Position numbers and translations under genes: made by a program
Notes under the pieces: generated by a model
What the model was told of the DNA's origin: nothing
Database searches by the model: none
Seen by the model: only the letters and a program-made list of their open reading frames with translations
In this document: one piece after another, positions 29,085 through 40,086 of the stretch
How positions within the stretch are numbered: the first letter of the stretch is position 1
Layout: the number at the start of each line of letters is the position of its first letter
Assembly: GCA_963772835.1 (NCBI GenBank)
Contig: CAVYYZ010000002.1
Coordinates: forward strand, 96,001 to 160,000
DNA: 64,000 nucleotides
From: an uncultured delta proteobacterium
GTDB taxonomy: Bacteria; Desulfobacterota; Desulfuromonadia; Geobacterales; Pseudopelobacteraceae
Direction: 5' to 3'

Positions 29085-30389
29085 TCACACATCAACAGTG
29101 CTGTTTCGACAGTACGTTTCCTTGATCCTGCCGGCTCCGGCAACTGCGATAATCGAAAATGCGAGCATAATCATAAAACCGGCATGATAATCCGAAGATG
29201 CATATACCCGTACTCCCTTTTCGATCCGGCCATTCCAGTCCTGGTCCAGTGCCCAGCCAAACAGCGGCTGCATAACCGCTGCTCCGAAAAACAGCCCTGT
29301 GTTTACCAGGCCGACCGCCATACCGGACAAAGCCGGCGCAACAACCTCCTTGGCATTGGCAAAGGTAACGACAAAGCCGCCCGAACTGAGGCCGAGCAGG
29401 GCAAACAGAGCAACACCCACCGGTCCCGGGGTCCACGACAGAAATGCCAGACCGAGGCACGCGCCTGCGTAGAGAAGCGTTCCGCCCATTATGACCGGTT
29501 TCCGCCTCCCTATACGATCCGAAAACCACCCGGCCAACATGGAACCGACGGCAAACCCTGCCAGCGCACATGTGGTATATACTGCTGCGTCCGATCGCCC
29601 CAGGCCGTGAACGTCACGCAAAAACGGGATTGCCCATAACCCCACAAACGCAAGCATGTTGCCGACCATCCCGAGATCCACCAACAATAACGGCCATATC
29701 GATCCGGTTACGAAAACACACTTCAGGTCGTCCCACCAATGTTTTTTACTGGCAGGATGGCTTAACTTTCCCTCCATCTGACGTATGGACGGAAAACCCA
29801 TATCCTCGGGGCGATTGCGCACTAACAGCAGCGCAAGCAGGGCAAGAAGCAGTGTGACACCTCCCAGTGCCATGAACACTGAACGCCAGGAATAACTGCG
29901 CAGCACCCCGGCCAGGGGGCCGGCCGAAGCCATTGCGCCAATGTTACCCAGCAGCACCGTCAATCCGCTGATCATACCGAAGTTTCGATCACTGAACCAG
30001 ACACTGTTACTTTTGAAAAGCCCGACAAAAACCACCGAAACACCAAGCCCGACCAAGGCTCGCCCTACTGATGCCGCGGCAAACGTCCCGGACATTCCAA
30101 ACAGAATTGATCCGCATCCGGCCACAAGAGTGCCGGCCGTGATCGTGATCCGCGCCCCCAAGGTGTCGGCCAGAACCCCTGCCGGAATTTGCATTGCGGT
30201 GTAGATGTAGAAATACATCGCCGCAAGCGACCCGAGTGCCGCTCCCGAGGTATTGAAGGCCTTCATCAAATCTGAAGAAATAACCGCCGGGGCCATGCGG
30301 TGAAAAAACACCAGCATATAAATAGCCGACAGAACAGCGTAAATCGACCAGCGCGCCAACAGAAAGCGGGAATGATTGTGGGTGGTCAC
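29085..30389 (-). CDS. MFS transporter
   Basis: GVLADTLGAR and GWFSDRIGRR motif A; many hydrophobic segments. GTG start at 30389 overlaps the upstream TGA (ORF track 30539). Confidence 0.88.
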   Translation of the reverse strand: MTTHNHSRFLLARWSIYAVLSAIYMLVFFHRMAPAVISSDLMKAFNTSGAALGSLAAMYFYIYTAMQIPAGVLADTLGARITITAGTLVAGCGSILFGMSGTFAAASVGRALVGLGVSVVFVGLFKSNSVWFSDRNFGMISGLTVLLGNIGAMASAGPLAGVLRSYSWRSVFMALGGVTLLLALLALLLVRNRPEDMGFPSIRQMEGKLSHPASKKHWWDDLKCVFVTGSIWPLLLVDLGMVGNMLAFVGLWAIPFLRDVHGLGRSDAAVYTTCALAGFAVGSMLAGWFSDRIGRRKPVIMGGTLLYAGACLGLAFLSWTPGPVGVALFALLGLSSGGFVVTFANAKEVVAPALSGMAVGLVNTGLFFGAAVMQPLFGWALDQDWNGRIEKGVRVYASSDYHAGFMIMLAFSIIAVAGAGRIKETYCRNSTVDV

Positions 30390-32044
30390 GCCGTTTCGCC
30401 CATATCCTCCAGCTGCAGTTCCTTGATCGCCATTTCTCGCATCTTGAATTTCTGGATTTTGCCGGAAGCGGTCATTGGATAGCCGTCGACAAACGTAACG
30501 TATTTCGGAATTTTGTAGTTGGCAATCTTGTCCCGGCAAAAATCGCGTACTTCATCTGCCGTCATCGCCATTCCCTTTTTGAGGATGATGGCGGCCATGA
30601 CCTGCTCGCCGTATTTTTTGTCGGGGACTCCATAGACCTGAATATCAGAAACCTTGGGGTGGGTGTAGAGGAATTCTTCGATTTCGCGCGGGTAAATATT
30701 CTCACCGCCGCGGATGATCATATTCTTGATTCTTCCGGTGATTTTGCAATAGCCGTTTTCGTCCATGATCGCCAGGTCACCGGTATGGAGCCAATTGTCA
30801 CTGTCGATGGCGCGGGCGGTTTCGTCCGGCATTTTGTAGTACCCTTTCATGACGTGGTACCCGCGAGTGCAGAGTTCCCCCTGTTTGCCGGGCGGGAGGG
30901 ATTCACCGGTTTCGATGTCGACGATTTTTACTTCAACGTCCGGAAGTGAGCGCCCGACAGTGGCGACGCGCAGTTCGAGAGCGTCGTCAGTGCGGGTCTG
31001 GGTGATGACCGGTGATGATTCGGTCTGACCGTAGGCGATGGTTATTTCAGAAGCGTGCATGTCGCTGTTGACTTTTTTCATGACTTCAATCGGACAGTTG
31101 GAACCGGCCATGATTCCGGTGCGCAGGGTTGATAGATCAAAGTTTTTGAATTCCGGGTGTTCCAGTTCGGCGATGAACATTGTGGGCACGCCATGTACGG
31201 CAGTGCATTTTTCTTTTTCGACCGTCTGCAGGACTTTAAGCGGGTCAAAAATTTCAACCGGGACCATGGTTGTGCCGTGGGTAACACAGGCCATGACTCC
31301 CAGAACGCAGCCGAAACAATGGAAAAAAGGCACCGGAATGCAAAGCCGGTCTTTTTCGGTGAATTTCATGCATTCACCGATATTGAAGCCGTTATTGACG
31401 ATGTTGTAGTGGGTAAGCATTACCCCTTTGGGGAAGCCGGTAGTGCCTGAAGTGTACTGCATGTTTATGGTTTCATGGCAGTCCAGTGTGGCTTCGACTG
31501 CAGCAAGTTGCGCGTCGGACACCCCCTCCCCCATTCTGATGATGCTGTCGAAGTTGAACATGCCGGCCGGAGTCTCCCCGCCGATGAAGAATACGTTTTT
31601 CAGGCAGGGCAGCTTGGGGCTGTTAAGCATGCCCGGTGCAGATGCCGCCAGCTCGGGGACGACGCCTGAGAGAGTTTCGACGTAGTTGGTATCTTTGAAG
31701 GAACCGACCATGAAGAGCGAGGTGGAGTCGGACTGTTTCAGAATGTATTCGAGCTCGGCTGATTTGTAACTGGTGTTGACGGTGACAAGGATGGCGCCGA
31801 TTTTGGCTGAGGCAAACTGGAGCAGGACCCATTCAGGGACGTTGTAGGCCCAGATGGCGATGTTGTCCCCTTTTTTGATGCCGAGCTGCAACAGCCCCTT
31901 GGCTATCTGGCGGCAGGTGTCGTTAAACTGTTTGTAGCTGTAGCGTAGCCCGCGATCCGGGTAGACGAGCGCTTCGTTGTCAGGGTAGCGACGAGCCATG
32001 TCGTCCAGAAGTGATCCGATAGTGTGAGTGAGTTGTTGAGACAT
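30386..32044 (-). CDS. AMP-binding acyl-CoA synthetase (ACSF2/YngI-like)
   Basis: YTSGTTGFPKG, PFFHCFG, YGQTESSP, HTGDL, RGGENIYPRE, TASGKIQK. Confidence 0.92.
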   Translation of the reverse strand: MSQQLTHTIGSLLDDMARRYPDNEALVYPDRGLRYSYKQFNDTCRQIAKGLLQLGIKKGDNIAIWAYNVPEWVLLQFASAKIGAILVTVNTSYKSAELEYILKQSDSTSLFMVGSFKDTNYVETLSGVVPELAASAPGMLNSPKLPCLKNVFFIGGETPAGMFNFDSIIRMGEGVSDAQLAAVEATLDCHETINMQYTSGTTGFPKGVMLTHYNIVNNGFNIGECMKFTEKDRLCIPVPFFHCFGCVLGVMACVTHGTTMVPVEIFDPLKVLQTVEKEKCTAVHGVPTMFIAELEHPEFKNFDLSTLRTGIMAGSNCPIEVMKKVNSDMHASEITIAYGQTESSPVITQTRTDDALELRVATVGRSLPDVEVKIVDIETGESLPPGKQGELCTRGYHVMKGYYKMPDETARAIDSDNWLHTGDLAIMDENGYCKITGRIKNMIIRGGENIYPREIEEFLYTHPKVSDIQVYGVPDKKYGEQVMAAIILKKGMAMTADEVRDFCRDKIANYKIPKYVTFVDGYPMTASGKIQKFKMREMAIKELQLEDMGETA

Positions 32045-32091
32045 GATAACCTCCGATAGTTACGTAAAATGTGCGTTTTATGTATGTACCA

Positions 32092-33216
32092 CTATTCCGG
32101 GATTTTTTGATCAGGAGTTTCTCCGGCTTTCTTTTTTAATTCGGCCAGGCCCGGTCGTGCATACTCCAGATGTCCCTCTTTAGCTGTTCTACCATTCATG
32201 ATCGCTTCCGAGCGCAGCCGCCGACCGATTGTTTTCTCAAGCTGTATCCCAAGTTTGAGCACCTTATCAATATCCCATCCATGGTTGATACCCATCTCAT
32301 CAATCTGCACCAACGTATCTTCAAGCGTTACCAGCCCGACATAGCGCGGGTCGCGGTAATAGTAATCACCGGTGCCCTTGACCGGGCAATCATTCATAAA
32401 GTTGGCCGGTTGTCCACCCAGCCCTCCCATGGTGGCCTCGAAATGGGTAATACCCGCCTGCAGTGCTGCGAGTACAGATGCTGATGCAACCCGTTTGGTT
32501 TCATGAAAATGGGCAATATGCAGATCCGTGTTTGGCATTTCATCGAGAATCATTGAAAAATATCGATAAATGTCCGGTGCCGAAGCGCTGCCGTCGTGAT
32601 CTGCATGTTCAACGTCAAAAGCACCGATGTCCAGCCACCGTCTCGTAAATTCCACCGCATCCTGCATATCAGTTGCGCCGCCAATAGGGCTCCCCCAGAT
32701 TGTACTGACGGTACCGCACATCTTCATGCCGGCATCTGTGCATTTCTTTATGCTGCGCTCAGCCTCTTTCCAGTACTGAGGCAGTGTACAGCCGGAGTTT
32801 GCGAAGTGATGCCGTTCTTCGGTGGAAACCATCATCAAAAGACGATCCGGCCCCAGGCCCCTTTTTTTCAGTTCAATGGCCCGTTCGACTGCAGTCTCAC
32901 GGATAGTAATTGCTGTCAGACAGATATCATCATATGCGATGCCGCGTTTTGCACAGCGCGCTCTGAATTCGTCGCCCCTCAGGTGTGCCAGAAGGGTTTC
33001 CGCATCGCCGAATTGGGGCATGAGATGCGGATTGCCCAGATTGGTCACTTCAATATTGCGGCACCCGGCAAAAATCAACTCTTCCAGATAATAAATTTTG
33101 GCAGCGGTCGAGATGAATTTTTCCTCGTGCTGAAAACCGTCCCGCACCGTTATGTCGCCGATCGTAACTTTTTTCGGCATGCGGGGGAATATCTTCCAGT
33201 AATCGTATTCTGTCAT
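32092..33216 (-). CDS. HMG-CoA-lyase-like DRE-TIM metallolyase (divergent paralog)
   Basis: DITVRDGFQHE, HFHE, GLGGQP. Start ATG 33216 or GTG 33222. Confidence 0.8.
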   Translation of the reverse strand: MTEYDYWKIFPRMPKKVTIGDITVRDGFQHEEKFISTAAKIYYLEELIFAGCRNIEVTNLGNPHLMPQFGDAETLLAHLRGDEFRARCAKRGIAYDDICLTAITIRETAVERAIELKKRGLGPDRLLMMVSTEERHHFANSGCTLPQYWKEAERSIKKCTDAGMKMCGTVSTIWGSPIGGATDMQDAVEFTRRWLDIGAFDVEHADHDGSASAPDIYRYFSMILDEMPNTDLHIAHFHETKRVASASVLAALQAGITHFEATMGGLGGQPANFMNDCPVKGTGDYYYRDPRYVGLVTLEDTLVQIDEMGINHGWDIDKVLKLGIQLEKTIGRRLRSEAIMNGRTAKEGHLEYARPGLAELKKKAGETPDQKIPE

Positions 33217-33351
33217 CCGCACAAACTCCTTCGTTTCATCTCAGAATTAACAACCGTGTCTGTCGTGGTTGAACCGGGTATACATGAGTAACAGACGGAA
33301 ACCTCTGATTTATCCCGGAACGTTTTTTTCATCATATGCATTCAGGTAGAA

Positions 33352-34290
33352 TTATTCCGGGAGCAGGCGATCAGAATTCGCTTCCTGTTCAATTTTCGGC
33401 CCGAGTGCCCGTGCAACCTTGGATCCGGACGGGCGACCAAGATAGCTTGAGATATACAAACCGGCCGCCACCAGCCCGGTAAGATCGACACCGGTTTCAA
33501 TACCCATACCGTTCAGCATGCAGAGGAGATCCTCACTGGCAACATTACCGGCTGCTCCCTTTGCATAGGGGCACCCCCCCAACCCGGCAACGGAACTGTC
33601 AACCACTGAAATGCCAAGCTCCAAAACCGCCAGGATATTGGCCAGTGCCTGGCCATACGTATCGTGGAAGTGAACCGCCAAACGGTAGCGAGGCACAACT
33701 GCCGAGACCTTTTTCACCATGGCCTGCGCTTTGGCAGGAGTGGCAAAACCGATAGTGTCTCCCAAGGAGATCTCATAACACCCCATCTCCAACAGGCGCA
33801 GAGCAACCTGGGCAACGGATTCGGGTGCAACATCTCCCTGATACGGACACCCCAGGACGCAGGATACATAGCCGCGCACTTTAATGTTGCGCTGACGGGC
33901 CGCGACAATTACCGGAGCGAATCGTTCAAGACTTTCAGCAATGGAGCAGTTGATATTACGCTGTGAAAACGCCTCGGAAGCGGCACCAAAAACAGCTATT
34001 TCCTCTGCTCCGGCCGCAACAGCCGCTTCAAAGCCCTGCATTCCCGGCACAAGGACCGGGTAACTGACGCCGGGGCGGCGGGTGATACCAAGCATTACCT
34101 GAGCATTGTCCGCCATCTGCGGCACCCATTTCGGTGAGACAAAACTGGTTGTTTCTATTGCACTGAGGCCGGTCGCCGAAAGACGATTAATCAGCCCGAT
34201 CTTCACGTCAGTCGGAACGATTATCGACTCGTTCTGCAGTCCGTCCCGGGGACCGACTTCTACCATCTTTACCCGTTTTGGAATTCTCAT
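33352..34290 (-). CDS. liuE: Hydroxymethylglutaryl-CoA lyase
   Basis: [37 protein letters not shown]. Confidence 0.93.
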   Translation of the reverse strand: MRIPKRVKMVEVGPRDGLQNESIIVPTDVKIGLINRLSATGLSAIETTSFVSPKWVPQMADNAQVMLGITRRPGVSYPVLVPGMQGFEAAVAAGAEEIAVFGAASEAFSQRNINCSIAESLERFAPVIVAARQRNIKVRGYVSCVLGCPYQGDVAPESVAQVALRLLEMGCYEISLGDTIGFATPAKAQAMVKKVSAVVPRYRLAVHFHDTYGQALANILAVLELGISVVDSSVAGLGGCPYAKGAAGNVASEDLLCMLNGMGIETGVDLTGLVAAGLYISSYLGRPSGSKVARALGPKIEQEANSDRLLPE

Positions 34291-34293
34291 GAT

Positions 34294-36303
34294 CTATATT
34301 GGTTTGACTTCAGCGGTGAAGTCAAGCAGTTCAGAACCCTCATTGACCACGGCTCCAACCTCAAAATGGAATTCAGCCACGGCTCCGTCACAGGGTGCAT
34401 TGATGGTGTGCTCCATTTTCATAGCCTCCATAATCAGTAACGGAGTACCCCGCTCTACCCTGACCCCGACTTCTGCCACGATTGCCACAACCTTGCCCGG
34501 CATCGGGGCGGTAAGCCGTCCTGCTGCCGCTTCATCTTCATCACCCGCTTCACCGGGGTCACATCTGGTGAGAAGGTGACTTTTGCCTTGATCCAGAATT
34601 GTAAGGGTATTTCCGTTCCTGACAACAGTAGCTTTTACCCGCAAACCGTCAAGATCTGCCAGAACATCCCCCCCGGCACTCCGCTCTCCGCGGACGAACA
34701 GGCTTCCCCCGGGCAGATCAAGAAGATACCCTCCGGGGCGATAATGCACCACGACGATCATGGCCTGTTCACCATCGATATAGTGGATGTCATGATGATT
34801 ATCAAAATTGAGCCGCCAGCCACTCGTTTGGTGCCAGGGAGAGTAGGGATCAGACGAAGAACCCGCTCTGTTACCGGCTTCAACTTCCTGTTCCAGCATC
34901 AGTTCAAGTGAGGCCAGGGCCAGGATACGGTCGGATGCCGGGGCAATTTCGGGGAAAAGAGCCGGGCTGTTCCGCTCTATAAAACCTGTATCTATTTCGC
35001 CGGCAGCAAAGGCCGGGTGAGCGGCGACACTCCCCAGAAATACCGTGTTGGTGGTTACACCCACCACCTGGAAGTCTGCCAGCGCCTGCCGCAGCCGACG
35101 TATTGCTGAACTCCGGTCGCAGTCCCACACAACCAGCTTGGCGATCATCGGATCGTAATGAATACTGACCTCATCTCCCTGACGCACACCTGAGTCAATA
35201 CGAACATGGGTATTCTCGGAGGGGGTGCGAAGATGGCGCAACTTCCCTGTGGAAGGGAGAAACTCACGCGCCGGGTCCTCGGCGTAAATACGCGCTTCAA
35301 TTGCATGACCGCATATTACGAGTTGCTCCTGCGAACGCGGCATCGGTTCACCCGCAGCCACCAGCAATTGCCACTCCACCAGATCAAGACCGGTAACCAT
35401 TTCGGTAACCGGATGCTCCACCTGAAGTCTGGTATTCATCTCCATGAAGTAGAATGAGCCATCCTCATCAAGTAGGAACTCTACCGTACCGGCGCCGACA
35501 TAATTAATTGCGCGGGCAGCCGCAACAGCCGCAGCACCCATCTGGTCTCTGAGCAAGGCCGTCATTCCTGATGCAGGGGCCTCCTCTACAACCTTTTGAT
35601 GGCGGCGCTGGATGGAGCAGTCCCGCTCGAAGAGGTGGAGGACATTGCCCAGACTGTCCGCAAACACCTGGATTTCGATATGTCGGGGCTTGGTCAGATA
35701 TCTTTCAAGAAGGACGTGATCGTCACCAAAACCCGACATTGCTTCCCGACGGGCTCCGGCAAGCGCTTCTGCAAATTCGGTACTGCGAGAGACCACCCGC
35801 ATCCCCTTTCCGCCGCCGCCGGCACTTGCCTTGATCAATAACGGATACCCGATCCGGTCCGCCTCGGCCTGTAAAAAATCGGCCCCCTGCTCGTTCCCAT
35901 GATATCCGGGGACCAAGGGGACGCCAGCCGCACCCATGATATCTTTTGCCGCACTCTTTGAGCCCATGGCGCGAATTGCCTCGCAGGGAGGCCCAATGAA
36001 GACGATACCGGCCCGGGAACATGCCTCGGCAAATCCGGCATTTTCGGAAAGAAAACCGTACCCGGGGTGAATTGCACGAGCGCCGCTCCGGACAGCCACA
36101 TCCAGAATAACATCGCCCAACAGGTAGCTTTCTCGGGCCGGTGACGGGCCGATATGGTAGGCTTCATCAGCAAGGGCGACATGTAGTGCGTCGGCATCGG
36201 CATCGGAGTACACCGCGACAGTGCGTATACCGAGGCGCTTGGCGGTTCGGATGACACGGCATGCTATCTCACCGCGATTTGCAATCAGTATTTTATCGAA
36301 CAT
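34294..36303 (-). CDS. liuD: 3-methylcrotonyl-CoA carboxylase, biotin (alpha) subunit
   Basis: MFDKILIANRGEIA, RDCSIQRRHQK, EMNTRLQVEHP, EAMKM. Start placed at 36303. Confidence 0.9.
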   Translation of the reverse strand: MFDKILIANRGEIACRVIRTAKRLGIRTVAVYSDADADALHVALADEAYHIGPSPARESYLLGDVILDVAVRSGARAIHPGYGFLSENAGFAEACSRAGIVFIGPPCEAIRAMGSKSAAKDIMGAAGVPLVPGYHGNEQGADFLQAEADRIGYPLLIKASAGGGGKGMRVVSRSTEFAEALAGARREAMSGFGDDHVLLERYLTKPRHIEIQVFADSLGNVLHLFERDCSIQRRHQKVVEEAPASGMTALLRDQMGAAAVAAARAINYVGAGTVEFLLDEDGSFYFMEMNTRLQVEHPVTEMVTGLDLVEWQLLVAAGEPMPRSQEQLVICGHAIEARIYAEDPAREFLPSTGKLRHLRTPSENTHVRIDSGVRQGDEVSIHYDPMIAKLVVWDCDRSSAIRRLRQALADFQVVGVTTNTVFLGSVAAHPAFAAGEIDTGFIERNSPALFPEIAPASDRILALASLELMLEQEVEAGNRAGSSSDPYSPWHQTSGWRLNFDNHHDIHYIDGEQAMIVVVHYRPGGYLLDLPGGSLFVRGERSAGGDVLADLDGLRVKATVVRNGNTLTILDQGKSHLLTRCDPGEAGDEDEAAAGRLTAPMPGKVVAIVAEVGVRVERGTPLLIMEAMKMEHTINAPCDGAVAEFHFEVGAVVNEGSELLDFTAEVKPI

Positions 36304-36372
36304 GGTAATTTCCTTTTGTTTTGATTTCAAGACGCAGAACATATTAGAGAATCAAGGGTAGTGATACGTGTG

Positions 36373-37161
36373 TTATCTCGGCCGTATGAAAAGCGTGTGA
36401 ATGCTCTGGCCAACTTTGCCGGTACTGTCAAAAGCTACCGTTGTAGTCTGGCCAATCCCGTCGTTTCCCATTACCGTCTGCGCATCCATGCCAACCCAGG
36501 GCCCTGCGGGCTGACGATATAACCCGAGAGTCAAATCCACCGGAACAAATGTCCATGTGAGAAAATCAAGCTCTGCGCTGATACCGTTTGCTGAATCAAT
36601 CATTAGCACAAGGGCTTCAAGTCCATCTATTTCATGATTCTCTATTAACGGTATGCGTGATCTGGTCCAAACCGTTGCCGGCCCCAATGCATCATATCCA
36701 CCCTCGGTAAAACGCCACTCAAGAGCCTCTCCATAGGGGAAACTGCCGAAACCGGGGAAAAACTTCTGAACCTGCGGCTCCGGGAGCAACGGGATTTCAT
36801 ATGAATCCGGGATTGAATCTGTTGCACCGGCTTCAGAAATAATCCGCCAGGCGTGAGCGATCAAATATGTTTTACCATCTGAAATGTATTTTCCCCTGAG
36901 AAGCTCTATCCTTTTACCTCCCCGCACAACCTCTACATGCACCTCACATGGTTTTACCGGAACTGCACTCAGTAACTCTATTGTGATTCTTGACACTTTA
37001 AACGGGCCTGAAGCCGGGTAGGTGCGTAATGCATGAGTAAGCAGCGCTGAAGGGGGCCCACCATGCTGGTATTCCGGTGACCAGGGTCCAATTGTGGCCT
37101 CAGTAGGTTCAAATGTGTATTGACCTGTTTGTCTAAAAAATGCTGCCGGTAAATTGACCAT
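36373..37161 (-). CDS. Thioesterase-family protein (TesB-like double hot-dog)
   Basis: GPWSPEYQHGGPP, DSANGIS, FVPVDLT. Start placed at 37161. Confidence 0.8.
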   Translation of the reverse strand: MVNLPAAFFRQTGQYTFEPTEATIGPWSPEYQHGGPPSALLTHALRTYPASGPFKVSRITIELLSAVPVKPCEVHVEVVRGGKRIELLRGKYISDGKTYLIAHAWRIISEAGATDSIPDSYEIPLLPEPQVQKFFPGFGSFPYGEALEWRFTEGGYDALGPATVWTRSRIPLIENHEIDGLEALVLMIDSANGISAELDFLTWTFVPVDLTLGLYRQPAGPWVGMDAQTVMGNDGIGQTTTVAFDSTGKVGQSIHTLFIRPR

Positions 37162-37204
37162 ACATTTCCTTGAAGTTTCCCCTGTAAATGAGGCTTTTTT
37201 TTGA

Positions 37205-37648
37205 TCAGGTACGACAGGCGATAATATATCTGAAGCCGGATTCCATAACAGTTTCACCTTTTTGGTTCACAGCCTTGAAACGTGCCGTTGCCATTCCCCG
37301 ATCCGGCTTGCTGCGAGAGCGATTAAGATCTGCCCAGCAGGCCTCTATTGAAAGGATGTCATCCGGTCGGACCGGGTTTGACAATCGGACCTGCTCGATT
37401 AAAATCCCGCTCAGAATAGGCATATTTCCTGTAGCGTCAGCCACAACCCGTGTACATGCTGAAAGTGTCTGAAGAGACGACGCTATAATCCCGCCAAAAA
37501 GTGAGGAGGCTGCGGCCTGCTCATCAATATGAAACGGCTGCGGATCGTATTTTTGAGCAAATTCGATGATCTCCGGTAGAGTTAACGTAATAGTTTTGCA
37601 GTCAATATGATCGCCTTCGGCGAGATCGTCCCAGAAATGCGCGACCAT
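37205..37648 (-). CDS. MaoC-family dehydratase
   Basis: FAQKYDPQPFHID...FGGIIAS; PVRPDD. Confidence 0.85.
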   Translation of the reverse strand: MVAHFWDDLAEGDHIDCKTITLTLPEIIEFAQKYDPQPFHIDEQAAASSLFGGIIASSLQTLSACTRVVADATGNMPILSGILIEQVRLSNPVRPDDILSIEACWADLNRSRSKPDRGMATARFKAVNQKGETVMESGFRYIIACRT

Positions 37649-37651
37649 CGG

Positions 37652-38446
37652 CTAGCCTTTCACCCACGCCGGCGACCTTTTCTCCAGAAAAGCCGACAGG
37701 CCTTCACGGCATTCCGTGGAGGCACGCCGATCGGCCATCAGTGCTGCTGTATCCGCAATCAGATTGTCATCTACGGGCCGCCCGGAAACCGTTGCGATCA
37801 GTTTTTTTGCTGCAGCCATAGCGGATGGGCCGTTTTTCAGGAGTTGCGCCGTCACTCGCTCAGAGACAGCAGCAAGCTCCTGTTCATCGGCAACCACCTC
37901 ATGGACAAGACCGAGGCGGTATGCCTCCCCCGCCGTTATAATTTCAGCTGTCGCAAAATACCGGCGCGCGGCACGAGCTCCGATGGCAGCAAGCACATAA
38001 GGCGAAATGACCGCAGGGATGAGCCCCAGCTTGACCTCGGAAACACAGAATGTTGCCCGCTCTGTAGCTATTGCAATATCGCAGCAGGAAGTCAGTCCGA
38101 CCCCGCCGCCGTAGGCAGCGCCTTGAACCAGTGCGACCGTCGGCTTGGAAATCGCGTTGAGAGTGCGCATCAGTTCGGCAATACCTTTGGCATCTGCTAG
38201 ATTCTGTTCGCGGGAATTATCAGCCATGCGGCGCATATCATTCAGGTCGGCACCGGCTGAAAAGCTTTTGCCGTTGGCAGCAAGTACAACAAGTCGCACT
38301 GCCGGGTTCCTGTCAAGCTGACGCAACGAAGCGGTCATGTTGGCGACAAGGCTTTCATTAAAGGCATTGTGCAGCTCAGGGCGGTTCATGGTGATCGTTG
38401 CCCGCCCGGCATTATCTATGTGGGTAAGAATGTCAGTATCGTTCAT
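37652..38446 (-). CDS. liuC: Methylglutaconyl-CoA hydratase
   Basis: NRPELHNAF, FSAGADL, AYGGGVGL, SEVKLGLIPAVISPYV; follows liuB. Confidence 0.88.
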   Translation of the reverse strand: MNDTDILTHIDNAGRATITMNRPELHNAFNESLVANMTASLRQLDRNPAVRLVVLAANGKSFSAGADLNDMRRMADNSREQNLADAKGIAELMRTLNAISKPTVALVQGAAYGGGVGLTSCCDIAIATERATFCVSEVKLGLIPAVISPYVLAAIGARAARRYFATAEIITAGEAYRLGLVHEVVADEQELAAVSERVTAQLLKNGPSAMAAAKKLIATVSGRPVDDNLIADTAALMADRRASTECREGLSAFLEKRSPAWVKG

Positions 38447-38450
38447 TGAA

Positions 38451-40058
38451 TCACATCCTGAATATGCCGAATTTTGTCTTTTCGATAGGGGCGTTCAGTG
38501 TTGCCGAGATCCCGAGTCCAAGAACCATGCGGGTATCAGCCGGGTCTATAATCCCGTCATCCCACAAACGTGCACTGGCATAGTAAGGGTGTCCCTGATG
38601 CTCATACATATCTCGAACCGGTTTTCTGAAAAGCTCTTCGTCCTCCGGGCTCCAGGTTTCTCCTCTGGCCTCCATGCCGTCGCGTTTTACCGTAGCAAGA
38701 ACACTGGCGGCCTGTTCGCCACCCATAACAGAAACGCGGGCATTGGGCCAGATCCAGAGAAACCGGGGGCTGAAAGCGCGGCCGCACATACCATAGTTAC
38801 CGGCACCATAGCTGCCGCCGGTAATAACCGTAAATTTGGGAACATTGGCGCAGGCCACAGCTGTGACCATTTTTGCGCCGTCCTTGGCGATGCCACCGGC
38901 CTCATACTTGCTCCCGACCATGAAACCGGTGACATTCTGAAGAAATATCAGTGGAATTCCACGCTGGCTGCACAGCTCTATAAAATGCGTCCCCTTGAGA
39001 GCAGACTCGGAAAAAAGAATGCCGTTATTTGCCACAATTCCGACCGGATAACCCCAGATATGAGCAAATCCGCATACCAGTGTCGTGCCGTAAAGCTGCT
39101 TGAATTCATCAAACTCGGAGCCGTCGACTATTCTTGCGATTACTTCATGAACATCATACGGTTTACGGGTATCGGTTGTGATGACACCGTGAATTTCTGA
39201 AGGGTCATAGAGCGGTTCCAACGGCTTGCGAACAGCAAGCTGAACTTTTTTGAGCCTGTTGAGATTGCCCACAATCTTTCTGGCGATGGAAAGTGCGTGA
39301 CCGTCGTTTGTGGCATAGTGGTCGGTAACACCCGAAGTTCTGCAGTGCACCTCAGCGCCACCCAGATCTTCGGCACTGACCACCTCGCCTATGGCAGCTT
39401 TTACAAGCGGCGGTCCAGCCAGAAAGATGGTGCCCTGCCGACGGACAATGATACTTTCGTCAGACATTGCAGGCATATATGCGCCACCGGCTGTACATGA
39501 TCCCATTACCGCGGCAATCTGCGGTATTCCCTTGGCGGACATGTTTGCCTGGTTATAGAAGATCCTTCCAAAATGATCGCGATCAGGGAAAACCTCCTCC
39601 TGACGGGGAAGAAATACACCACCGGAATCGACCAGATATATACAGGGGAGTTGGTTCGCCTCGGCTATTTCCTGGGCGCGGAGATGTTTTTTTACGGTAA
39701 GTGGATAATAGGTCCCTCCCTTGACCGTTGCATCATTTGCAAAGATCATACATTCCTGGCCCATAACCCGACCTATCCCTGTGATAATTCCGGCGGCCGG
39801 GACGTCTTCTCCGTAGACCTTATAGGCGGCAAACTGAGACAGCTCAAGAAACGGTGCGCCAACATCAAGCAACTGCCTGACCCGCTCCCGGGGAAGCAGC
39901 TTACCCCGCTCAAGATGCTTTGAACGTGAGCGTTCATCGCCACCAAGGCGGATTTCAGCTGCTTTTTCCCGCAGGTCCGCAACTATTGCGCCCATCGACT
40001 CAACATTTGTCCGGAATTCTTTTGAATGTACATTAAGTGCTGTTTTCAGGGTCGTCAT
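38451..40058 (-). CDS. liuB: 3-methylcrotonyl-CoA carboxylase, carboxyltransferase (beta) subunit
   Basis: [40 protein letters not shown]. Confidence 0.93.
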   Translation of the reverse strand: MTTLKTALNVHSKEFRTNVESMGAIVADLREKAAEIRLGGDERSRSKHLERGKLLPRERVRQLLDVGAPFLELSQFAAYKVYGEDVPAAGIITGIGRVMGQECMIFANDATVKGGTYYPLTVKKHLRAQEIAEANQLPCIYLVDSGGVFLPRQEEVFPDRDHFGRIFYNQANMSAKGIPQIAAVMGSCTAGGAYMPAMSDESIIVRRQGTIFLAGPPLVKAAIGEVVSAEDLGGAEVHCRTSGVTDHYATNDGHALSIARKIVGNLNRLKKVQLAVRKPLEPLYDPSEIHGVITTDTRKPYDVHEVIARIVDGSEFDEFKQLYGTTLVCGFAHIWGYPVGIVANNGILFSESALKGTHFIELCSQRGIPLIFLQNVTGFMVGSKYEAGGIAKDGAKMVTAVACANVPKFTVITGGSYGAGNYGMCGRAFSPRFLWIWPNARVSVMGGEQAASVLATVKRDGMEARGETWSPEDEELFRKPVRDMYEHQGHPYYASARLWDDGIIDPADTRMVLGLGISATLNAPIEKTKFGIFRM

Positions 40059-40086
40059 AATTCAGTTGTACTCCTTGGCCAGTAAA

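Noticed and set aside
30390..30539. N-terminal extension of the MFS ORF overlapping the ligase by 150 bp
   Set aside because: An in-frame GTG at 30389 gives a standard GTGA overlap; the extension is likely untranslated.
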